64,000 nt of DNA from assembly GCA_950097015.1 (NCBI GenBank), contig CATNEN010000003.1, positions 11,470,001 to 11,534,000 of the forward strand. Reading direction: 5' to 3'. Below, piece by piece: positions 21,001 through 31,800 of this stretch; position 1 is the stretch's first letter, and each line of letters starts with the position of its first letter. A program made the position numbers and the translations under genes. The stretch comes from Macrostomum hystrix. Its lineage: Eukaryota > Animalia > Platyhelminthes. Under the pieces are notes generated by a model that was not told where the DNA came from, did no database searches, and saw only the letters and a program-made list of their open reading frames with translations.

Positions 21001-23528
21001 TGGGGTAGAAAGACAGGGGCAGTGAGAGCCCCTGTGGGGTAGAAAGACAGGGGCAGTGAGAGCCCCTGTGGGGGTAGAAAGACAGGGGCAGTGAGAGTCC
21101 CTGTGGGGTAGAAAGACAGGGGCAGTGAGAGCCCCTGTTGGGGTAGAAAGACAGGGGCAGTGAGAGCTACTGTGGGGGTAGAAAGACGGTATCTATTAGG
21201 CTAAGAGGGTGGCAGAAAACAGACAGCTGTTCCAAAATTCCGAATTCACAGACATCGACAACAACCTGTGCCTGATTACTGAGTACTGCGAATTTCGCGA
21301 TCTACACACCTGGATACAATGGGCCAGCGCCACAGACATAGCATTGCCATTCAATTTAGTCACTCACTGGGTTCTGCAAATGCTGCTTGGCTTGGCCTAT
21401 TTGCATAATAGGAAAATTGTCCACGGTGACATTAAACCGACCAACGTCTTCGTGCAGTCAGACGCCACTTTGCGAATCGGTGATTTTGGCTGTTCGCTTC
21501 AACTGAACAATTCGACCGATTGCAACAAGGCCTCCATCAGTGGTACCTGGATGTATATGAGCCCAGAACTGATCAGTAGCGATGGTGGGTAGCTAAGAAT
21601 ATCTACTTCTGAAAAGACTTTGATATTTAACAGCTCCAATATCTAACAGCTCCAATATCTAACAGCTCCAATATCTAACAGCTCCAATATCTAACAGCTC
21701 CAATATCTAACAGCTCCAATATCTAACAGCTCCAATATCTAACAGCTCCAATATCTAACAGCTCCAATATCTAACAGCTCCAATATCTAACAGCTCCAAT
21801 ATCTAACAGCTCCAATATCTAACAGCTCCAATATCTAACGGCTCCAATATCTAACAGCTCCAATATCTAACAGCTCCAATATCTAACAGCTCCAATATCT
21901 AACAGCTCCAATATCTAACAGCTCTAAGATTGTTATCGGGCAGGTCGTGGCACAGCCAGTGACATGTGGAGCCTGGGCTGCACGGTGTTCGAGCTCTGCA
22001 CATGCCGGCCGCTGTTCGATCCCAATCAGCCGGGCTCGAAACTCCGCCAGCAAATCTGCGGCGAGTCCCGTCTCGATTTCGCCCTGTCGCCGCTGCTGCC
22101 TCAATGGATGTCGACCGCCCTGCCACGCCTGCTGAGGCGTTATCCATCGTCCGAGCGAGCTGCCGCAGCAGATCTGCTCCTAGAAGAAGACATCGCCAGA
22201 GATCTGCAAGCGATGCAGCCGGACTTGCTGGCCGTGGATCGACTGTTTCTGGCCGACAATTTTGCCGGGTTGTCGGAGACAGGCGACGAGGTGTCGGCGA
22301 CTTCCTCGCACTTTCGCGGCGTTGACTATTCGCAGGTGTGCAATGTTTGTACTTTTGAGGAAGATTTTATTTTACTATATGCCGCAATACTTTTACGAAA
22401 AGCTTCGAGAGCTAGGCGACTAGAGAAGACTGGGATTCCCCAGGGAAGAGAAGAGTGGGATTCCCCAGGGAAGAGAAGAGTGGGAATCCCCATGGAAGAG
22501 AAGAGTGGGAATCCCGAGGGAAGAGATGAGTGGGATGCCCCAGGGAAGAGAAGACTGGGATTCCCCATGGAAGAGAAGACTGGGATTCCCCATGGAAGAG
22601 AAGACTGGGATTCCCCAGGGAAGAGAAGAGGGGGATTCCCCAGGGAAGAGAAGAGTGGGAATCCCGAGGAAAGAGATGAGTGGGATGCCCCAGGAAAGAG
22701 AAGAATGGGAATCCCCATGGAAGAGAAGACTGGGATTCCCCAGGGAAGAGAAGAGGGGGATTCCCCAGGGAAGAGAAGAGTGGGAATCCCGAGGGAAGAG
22801 ATGAGTGGGATGCCCCAGGAAAGAGAAGAATGGGAATCCCGAGGGAAGAGAAGAGTGGGATTCCCCAGGGAAGAAAAGAGTGGGATTCTTGAGGGAAGAG
22901 AAGAGTCCCTGGGGCAGGGGAAGAATGGGAATCCCTGAGGAAGGGGAAGAATGGGAGTCCCTGGGGTAGGGGAAGAATGGGAGTCCCTGGCGTAGGGGAA
23001 GAATGGGAATCCCTGAGGAAGGGGAAGAATGGGAGTCCCTGGCGTAGGAAAGAATGGGAATCCCTGGGGTAGGAAAGAATGGGAATCCCTGAGGAAGGGG
23101 AAGAATGGGAGTCCCTGAAGCGGGAGAAGAAGAGGTAAGCCAAGAAACTGAATGACTTCTCAATGCAGGCTTACGATGCTCTTTTGGCTGATATTCAGCG
23201 GTTCGTCACAACGGCCGCCGCAGAGAAGCCAGACAATCAACTGATGCAGGCCATGGCCCAGCTGGAAAATCTGCGAACTCTTCTAGAGCAGAAGCAGAGG
23301 AAGGAGAATTTCCCGCTTGACAAAGTTTACAATCTCCTGTCGAAAGTGTCCGACGATGAGCGAAGCGACACCGCCAGCAGGCCGGCGACGTCCCACGTTC
23401 GAGCCCGACAGCAGAATCTTGAGAAGCAGCTTGCAGCTTTGACTAAAGACACGGAAGCTTGCGAAATGGTTCAACTGGCCATTGTGCTGGAGAGGCAATG
23501 CGTACCAATGACACGAGACGGGTTATGA
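18022..23528 (+). CDS. Ankyrin-repeat + Ser/Thr kinase (NEK-like catalytic domain) + coiled-coil tail; exons 18022-18248, 18533-19000, 19815-20161, 21252-21584, 21944-22335, 23169-23528
   Basis: Ankyrin motifs TLLQAASMLGHLEIV, GDTPLILALANGH, GWTALMLAAKGGH, GETALTLAV, GCKPLDLA. Kinase motifs LGTGAHG, VLKRI, EYC, HGDIKPTN, IGDFG, MSPE, DMWSLGC. Junctions are GT-AG and in frame; the exon-5 acceptor could alternatively be at 21929. Confidence 0.85.
18316..18374 (-). mobile_element. CORE-SINE family tRNA head fragment
   Basis: AATCGAACCCCCGACCTTCAAAGTCGTGAGTCAGACGCTCTAACCACTAGG matches 55897-55946. Confidence 0.7.
19010..19790. repeat. ~22-bp minisatellite (TCTAACAGGTTGGTGTCTGTTG) in kinase intron 2, decaying 3'-ward
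   Basis: Tandem units, each with CTAACAG|GT. Confidence 0.92.
20180..21188. repeat. 30-bp then 35-bp minisatellite (GGGGGTAGAAAGACAGGGGCAGTGAGAGCCCCTGT) in kinase intron 3
   Basis: Tandem units; internal 8-bp inverted repeat. Confidence 0.95.
21622..21925. repeat. 16-bp minisatellite (AACAGCTCCAATATCT) in kinase intron 4
   Basis: About 18 near-perfect units. Confidence 0.97.
22420..23125. repeat. ~25-bp purine-rich minisatellite (GGGAAGAGAAGAGTGGGATTCCCCA) in kinase intron 5
   Basis: Tandem units with variant subfamilies. Confidence 0.92.
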
Positions 23529-23804
23529 ACAATGGATTTGCTGCAGGCATTGCTGAAGACTATGTTAAACTTCATTGTGGATACTACACTTATTTTGTAA
23601 TAGAAATGTCTACTGCGAATCGAACTTGCGACCTCCCATTCCGCTGATTCCCGAGCGGACAATCACACAGAGCTGCAACCAAAATAAAAGTGGGCTTTGG
23701 CCTTTGGCGCGGACAGTTTGAGCACGCTGGCTAGAAAACTTCGCTAAGCCTTCGAAATAATTGGAAAATAATTAGATTTCATTAGGTTGGTATCACAGGT
23801 ATCA

Positions 23805-23975
23805 TGTTCCTTACATGGACACTTAAATTCTGTTTTGCTTCAGTTCACCCTGGGAGTGAGTATATTTGTACCCACATGCCAAATGGATTGGCTGGTATCA
23901 GCATTTAGCTGAGCTATTTGATGATAGGGGTGTGGCTTTCCCTACAGTCCATGGACTGAACAGCCGTACGCAACT
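23805..23975 (+). mobile_element. CORE-SINE family body fragment
   Basis: GACACTTAA..TTGCTTCAGTTCACCC...CAGTCCATGGACTGAACAGCCGTACGCA. Confidence 0.6.
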
Positions 23976-24271
23976 AAACAATTGAACAGCCGTATTGCCA
24001 AATAGCTGAGGCTGATGGTCTGGCTTATTAAGGGCTGGTGTAATCAATTAATAATGGTATTATTACATTGATAATATTTATTTAACTTGTTCGTTTACGC
24101 TTAAGCCTACCTTGCACAATGAATCTAAGGAAATAATTACTTTTTTGAATAAAAGTTATAATTGACTGTTTAAAACAGCTGTCACATTGTCACTTGTTCC
24201 TATCAATCGATTGAACCCGGGTACTCTCTATTCCTTTTATAAGTCTGATTCCTCCTGTACTTTTTATTCAT

Positions 24272-25025
24272 GTCTATTTCCTGTGTCTATTTGTCCAAGG
24301 TGTGTCTATTTGTCCAAGATGAGTGTCTATTTGTCCAAGGTGTGTGTCTATTTGTCCAAGGTGTGTGTCTATTTGTCCAAGGTGAGTGTCTATTTGTCCA
24401 AGGTGTGTGTCTATTTGTCCAAGGTGTGTGTCTATTTGTCCAAGGTGAGTGTCTATTTGTCCAAGGTGTGTGTCTTTTTGTCCAAGGTGTGTGTCTATTT
24501 GTCCAAGGTGTGTGTCTATTTGTCCAAGGTGAGTGTCTATTTGTCCAAGGTGAGTCTCTATTTGTCCAAGGTGTGTGTCTATTTGTCCAAGGTGTGTGTC
24601 AGTTTGTCCAAGGTGTGTGTCTATTTGTCCAAGGTGTGTGTCTATTTGTCCAAGGTGTGTGTCTATTTGTGCAAGGTGTGTGTCTATTTGTCCAAGGTGA
24701 GTGTCTATTTGTCCAAGGTGTGTGTCTATTTGTCCAAGGTGTGTGTCTATTTTTCCAAGGTGTGTCTCTATTTGTCCAAGGTGTGTGTCCAAGGTGTGTC
24801 TCTGTTTGTCCAAGGTGTGTGTCCAAGGTGTGTCTATTTGTCCAAGGTGTGTGTCTATTTGTCCAAGGTGAGTGTCTATTTGTCCAAGGTGTGTGTCTAT
24901 TTGTCCAAGGTGAGTGTCTATTTGTCCAAGGTGAGTGTCTATTTGTCCAAAGTGTGTGTCTATTTGTCCAAGGTGTGTGTCTATTTGTCCAAGGTGTGTG
25001 TCTATTTGTCCAAGGTGTGTGTCAA
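24272..25025. repeat. 21-bp minisatellite (TGTCTATTTGTCCAAGGTGTG)
   Basis: About 35 units; intergenic. Confidence 0.96.
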
Positions 25026-25045
25026 AGTATGGGTATGCTGCGTTT

Positions 25046-25930
25046 GGGTAGACTGGAGTAGGGTAGACTGGAGTAGGGTAGACTGGAGTAGGGTAGACTG
25101 GAGTAGGGTAGACTGGAGTAGGGTAGACTGGAGTAGGGTAGACTGCAGTAGGGTAGACTGGAGTAGGGTAGACTGGAGTAGGGTAGACTGGAGTAGGGTA
25201 GACTGGAGTAGGGTAGACTGCAGTAGGGTAGACTGCAGTAGGGTAGACTGGAGTAGGGTAGACTGGAGTAGGGTAGACTGGAGTAGGGTAGACTGGAGTA
25301 GTGTAGACTGCAGTAAGGTAGACTGGAGTAGGGTAGACTGGAGTAGGGTAGACTGGAGTAGGGTAGACTGGAGTAGGGTAGACTAGAGTATGGTAGACTG
25401 GAGTAGGGTAGACTGGAGTAGGGTGGAATGGAGTAGGGTGGACTGGAGTAGGTTAGACTGTAGTAGGGTGTACTGTAGTAGGGTAGGCTCGAGTAGGGTG
25501 GACTGGAGTAGGGTGGAATGGAGTAGGGTGGAATGGAGTAGGGTGGAATGGAGTAGGGTGGAATGGAGTAAGGTGGAATGGAGTAGGGTGGAATGGAGTA
25601 GGGTGGACTGGAGTAGGGTGGAATGGAGTAGGGTGGAATGGAGTAGGGTGGAATGGAGTAGGGTGGAATGGAGTAGGGTGGAATGGAGTAGGGTGGAATG
25701 GAGTAGGGTGGAATGGAGTAGGGTGGAATGGAGTAAGGTGGAATGGAGTAGGGTGGAATGGAGTAGGGTGGAATGGAGTAGGGTGGAATGGAGTAAGGTG
25801 GAATGGAGTAGGGTGGAATGGAGTAGGGTGGACTGGAGTAGGGTGGAATGGAGTAGGGTGGAATGGAGTAGGGTGGAATGGAGTAGGGTGGAATGGAGTA
25901 GGGTGGAATGGAGTAGGGTGGAATGGAGTA
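25046..25930. repeat. 15-bp minisatellite (GGGTAGACTGGAGTA grading to GGGTGGAATGGAGTA)
   Basis: Tandem; two unit types segregated left and right. Confidence 0.96.
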
Positions 25931-26626
25931 GAGCAGATTGTTGTAGAATTGAATGTACTCGTAGCAATGGCAGGTTAGACATGTGTCAAGTATCAGCCGG
26001 CACCAGTAATTTCAGTTTAGATTAGAGCCAAAGTTACATTGTGCCCTCTTATGAAACTTTTGCTGCGGTTAACTGCAAACTGTCAAAATTCAATTGTGCA
26101 CAATCGAGACTTTTAGTCTACTTCTAGTAGAGTAATATGCGCATAAAGACTGCTCATTTTTCGGTGTGTGAGTGGACAGCCAAAGCAAAAATTCTTTGCG
26201 AAATTTCGTCTGTATTTTGGCATTAATTTTTACCGTTTAAAACAAGAAAATAAAAACAAGCCACAAAACGCACTGAAAACTACTTACAGTTCAGCAGTAT
26301 GCATATGCAACATAAAAAGTGAAGGATAATTCGCAGAAAATTTCTAATTTAATTTAACACTGTGTTCAAGGACGATAATTTCAATCCTGCTTTGAAATAT
26401 AACTTTGCAGAAACTGGTAAAACAACAAAAAATTAAATGCAAATCTAATAGTAAAAAAATATAGAAACATTAAAGACAGTACTTAATAATTAGGTATTGA
26501 AACCTTGAGAGGAATTGAATAAATATCGTCCTACAATCTTGCCTGAAACTGACAATCATGCCAGCTTTTAGTGTCAATCCAAAATTCTTGTTGAATCAAA
26601 AACGAAATTTCAGTACATCTGAGGAT

Positions 26627-27236
26627 CTGAAGGATCAGGGACAACACACTGAAGGATTAAAGACAATTCACTGAAGGATTAAAGACAATTCACTGAAGGA
26701 TTAAAGACAATTCACTGAAGGATCAGGGACAACCCACTGAAGGATCAAGGACAAATCACTGAAGGATCAGGGACAAATCACTGAAGGATTAAAGACAAAT
26801 CACTGAAGGATCAGGGACAAATCACTGAAGGATCAAGGACAAATCACTGAAGGATCAGGGACAAATCACTGAAGGATTAAAGACAATTCACTGAAGGATT
26901 AGAGACAAATCACTGAAGGATCAGGGACAACCCACTGAAGGATCAGGGAGAAATCACTGAAGGATTAAAGACAATTCACTGAAGGATTAGAGACAATTCA
27001 CTGAAGGATTAGAGACAAATCACTGAAGGATCAGGGACAAATCACTGAAGGATTAGAGACAAATCACTGAAGGATTAAAGACAATTCACTGAAGGATCAG
27101 GGAAAACCCACTGAAGGATCAGGGACAAATCACTGAAGGATCAGGGAAAACCCACTGAAGGATCAGGGACAACTCACTGAAGGATCAAGACAAGGTAATG
27201 AAGGATAAGGACAAAGGACAACTCACTGAAGGATTT
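26627..27236. repeat. 22-bp minisatellite (CTGAAGGATCAGGGACAAATCA)
   Basis: About 26 units. Confidence 0.94.
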
Positions 27237-28190
27237 AGTATTTTATTTCATTTCTGGTACATCGGATATCTGTTAAACGTTTAATTTTCGCAAATATTTT
27301 ATTCAAGATGAACACCAAGTCAAAACTTTAATTAAGCATACGGAATGTGTATTTACAATTAGATATATATTTAAGTAGTCAGACAAGTCAGTAAATAACA
27401 GGCTGCTGCTTAAAGTACAAGTTTAGAAGATCAGTGTGCGTACAGAAGTCTAGCATTTCACGGCATATTTATATCAGTAACAGTGCAGTTAGATTCCCTA
27501 TAATTTTACACTAGGAGAAATATGCTCGGAGAAATAAAATTATTTCAGTTTAGAAATGTCGCTTAGTAGACACCACTAAATGAGGAAAAAAATGAGATAG
27601 TTACAATCTATTTACAACAGCATATTTGTACTTTTATGTCTGAGAAACTGCTGGGCAGATGTACATTGACTTGAGTGTACATTCATTTACTGAATTCTAA
27701 CAGACTTGACTTAGAATCCTTATCGCGAATCGCTTCACCCACCCCACTCCAACATGCCCATTGGCTGAAGCATGGAACGAGGTCAAGATCGAACCAGCCA
27801 ATCAGATTATAGCCTGTCTGTCCTATATAAAGTCACGTGATGAAGCGACTAAAAGTTTAGAGGCTTAAAACAATAACAAAAACAAAGAAAAAACAATGAG
27901 ATCACGGCAAACAAAAGAAGTGAGAATTTGTTTTCTTTTAGAAGAGAGACGAATGCAAGAATTGTCCACTGAAGCAAAAAAATGTGGATGGTACTTGTGC
28001 TACATAATTTTGTCATTATATCGAATCTGCTATTGTGCACACAACTGTCGGGCAGTGCTTCAGGCGACAAGGGAGGATAATTTAAATTTCATCTATAGGA
28101 GCTCTTAGATGCTCTTTAGTACTACTGTTCAGAAAGAGTCATATGAGTAGTATAAATCAAGTTTGCAACGAAACAGTCGGAGATTTGATT

Positions 28191-28421
28191 CTAAACAAAA
28201 GAACTACCAGCTAATCTAGTTGGTCCGTAGCTGAACTGCTGCGGCGGCTGCGACGGCTGCGGCGGCTGCTGCTGCTGTTGCTGCTGTTGCTGCTGATATG
28301 GGTAGGCAATATGTGGACGCTGCTGCTGCTGTTGCTGCCGCGGCACACCGTAGGTTCGCTCATTATCGAAAGTTGATGGCACCTCCGGCGGTTGAGCTTT
28401 GCGCAAACTGGCGTAGGTGAC

Positions 28422-28462
<41 letters not shown>

Positions 28463-28859
28463 GTCGGTGCTTGTTATTCAAGCTGCTCAAATCTGAAGCT
28501 GTGTCCGTGTTCGACCGATCGTCGTCCTCTTCGTCGAAGTCGCTCATCGGGTGCCGCTTCTTGTAGTCGGCGTCATCGTCAGAGCAGCAGCTGCAGCTGC
28601 CCCTGCTGCCGCCGCTGCATGCGGTTGAATCACGATGTCGACGCCTGCTGCTGTGTCCCTGATAAGTGTGCTGCCTGCTGTAGCCACCGCTACTGCCGCT
28701 GGCTCCGTTGTGCCTTCGCTGCTGCTGCTGCTGCCTGTAGGCTTTGCTCGGCAGTGACAATGAGGATTCGGTCATGTCTGAGCTGTCATGGCCGGACATC
28801 ACGCTGGCAGGACTGGGTCGTGGAGTCTTGCGACTGTGAGCCTGACTCTGGTGAGTGTG

Positions 28860-28898
<39 letters not shown>

Positions 28899-31800
28899 AT
28901 GGCGCCTATCGTAGGTGCCGTTTAATGTGGAAGCAGCATACGGGGCCAATGACGCTGAAGCCAGCGGACGGAGGTGCTGGCGGTAGAGGCTGCCGTCGAT
29001 GTCGCTGCGAGCAGCCTGAGACGCTGGCACCGCGGATTCTGCGGTGGAGCCCGGAGCCAGCGGGTGCGCCAGTCGAGCCGCCGTGTCCAAATGTCCATTG
29101 GAGTCTGCGGGATGAAGCGATGGGATTCGGCGCATTGGCTGTTGCCGATGTAATGCGATGGTCTGGTCAGGATGGACATGCACTTGTTTTCTCCATCTGC
29201 ATGAGTACCAATGCCCTCTGTGTCATGCTCATCTGCTTATCTCCAATTCTCCCCTGCTCATCTTCTATTCTCCCCTGCTCATCTCCAATTCTCCCCTGCT
29301 CATCTAATATTATCCCTGCTCATCTCCTATTCTCCCCTGCTCATCTCCAATTCTCCCCTGCTCATCTTCTATTCTCCCCTGCTCATCTTCTATTCTCCCC
29401 TGCTCATCTCCAATTCTCCCCTGCTCATCTCCAATTCTCCCTTGCTCATCTTCTATTCTCCCTTGCTCATCTTCTATTCTCCCCTGCTCATCTCCAATTC
29501 TCCCTTGCTCATCTTCTATTCTCCCCTGCTCATCTTCTATTCTCCCTTGCTCATCTTCTATTCTCCCCTGCTCATCTCCAATTCTCCCCTGCTCATCTCC
29601 AATTCTCCCTTGCTCATCTTCTATTCTCCCCCTGCTCATCTTCTATTCTCCCTTGCTCATCTTCTATTCTCCCCTGCTCATCTCCAATTCTCCCTTGCTC
29701 ATCTTCTATTCTCCCCTGCTCATCTTCTATTCTCCCTTGCTCATCTTCTATTCTCCCCTGCTCATCTCCAATTCTCCCTTGCTCATCTTCTATTCTCCCC
29801 TGCTCATCTCCAATTCTCCCCTGCTCATCTTCTATTCTCCCCTGCTCATCTTCTATTCTCCCTTGCTCATCTTCTATTCTCCCCTGCTCATCTTCTATTC
29901 TCCCTTGCTCATCTTCTATTCTCCCTTGCTCATCTTCTATTCTCCCCTGCTCATCTTCTATTCTCCCCTGCTCATCTTCTATTCTCCCCTGCTCATCTTC
30001 TATTCTCCCCTGCTCATCTTCTATTCTCCCCTGCTCATCTTCTATTCTCCCCTGCTCATCTTCTATTCTCCCCTGCTCATCTTCTATTCTCCCCTGCTCA
30101 TCTCCAATTCTCCCCTGCTCATCTTCTATTCTCCCCTGCTCGTCTTCAATTCTCCCCTGCTTATCTCCAATTTTTCCCCTGATGTGAGCACCCCAGTTAC
30201 TGCATATCGAGTGCACAATGGATCAGCTAAAGTGCATAGCTGAAATGCACTGCTCAGGCAATGCGGGCAATAAATCAATAATTAACAAGGCTGGAAGGGA
30301 AAACAATACAAAAATAACAAACAAAAGTAACACTAGGGCAGCTCTAATTGATGAACTACAACAGTGCAACAAACACAAGCTTGATAATAGCACTACTTGC
30401 AGTACTATGCAGACAGTGTAATTAAGTATGTTAAGGACATCAATTTGTACTCATAACCAAAGCACTCACAGCCAAGCATAGGCAATGTGGCGTTACTCTG
30501 CTGAGCTGGAATAACGGACGAATTAGCAAAATGTCCTTAATAGCCCACTACGAGTACAAGTAGAAATGCTGCAAAATGCTAGAGTTGAACAGCAGATTTT
30601 AACTCACCGGCATTGTATTGCCTCTTCCTCAGCTTGCTAGATCGTCTCCTGCCAGAGATGTACAGCAGAGTGATGACCAGATTGACTATGATCAGACCGG
30701 CTAGGCCTAGGATGACCAGAAACCACCACTGCTCATAGAATGGGCCCAGGCCAGAGCCAGGAGTGAAGACAAAACGACTCGGTTCGCTTGGTAGGGAGAT
30801 TCCGGCGCTGTTTGCTCCGACAATTCTCATCTGATACGAGCCCGGTGGGGTGAGGCGAGACCACGAGATTTGACAGGCTGTCAATCCGGGCGATTCCAAG
30901 CGCTGCAGACTGCGCCAGGATTGGCCGGAGTCGCGTAGAAGGCCCTGATTGGTGGAGGCGAGGGAGGCTGTGGTCACTGGCACTCTCAGACACTCTATGG
31001 CACTCTCAGACACTCTATGGCACCCTCAGACACTCTATGGCACTCTCAGACACTCTGTGACACTCTCAGACACTCTGGGACACTCTCAGACACTCTATGG
31101 CACTCTCAGACACTCTGGGACACTCTCAGACACTCTGTGACACTCCCAGACACTCTGGGACACTCCCAGACACTCTATAGGCACTCTCAGACACTCTCAG
31201 ACACTCTGGGACACTCTCAGACACTCTATGGCACTCTCAGACACTCTGGGACACTCTCAGACACTCTATGGCACTCTCAGACACTCTGGGACACTCTCAG
31301 ACACTCTGTGACACTCCCAGACACTCTGGGACACTCCCAGACACTCTATAGGCACTCTCAGACACTCTCAGACACTCTGGGACACTCTCAGACACTCTAT
31401 GGCACTCTCAGACACTCTGGGACACTCTCAGACACTCTGTGACACTCCCAGACACTCTGGGACACTCCCAGACACTCTATAGGCACTCTCAGACACTCTA
31501 TGGCACTCTCAGACACTCTATGGCACCCTCAGACACTCTATGGCACTCTCAGACACTCTGTGACACTCTCAGACACTCTGTGACACTCTCAGACACTCTA
31601 TGGCACTCTCAGACACTCTATGGCACTCTCAGACACTCTATGGCACTCTCAGACACTCTATGGCACTCTCAGACACTCTGTGGCACTCTTAGACACTCTG
31701 GGACACTCCCAGACACTCTATAGGCACTCTCAGACACTCTGTGGCACTCTCAGACACTCTGTGACACTCCCAGACACTGTATAGGCACTCTCAGACACTC

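Noticed and set aside
20320-21188. CRISPR-like 35-bp palindromic repeats
   Set aside because: No unique spacers, no cas genes, and located in a spliceosomal intron.
28619-30187. 522-aa plus-strand ORF
   Set aside because: Antisense shadow of the sdk last exon (CAG/CTG runs) fused to the 21-bp array.
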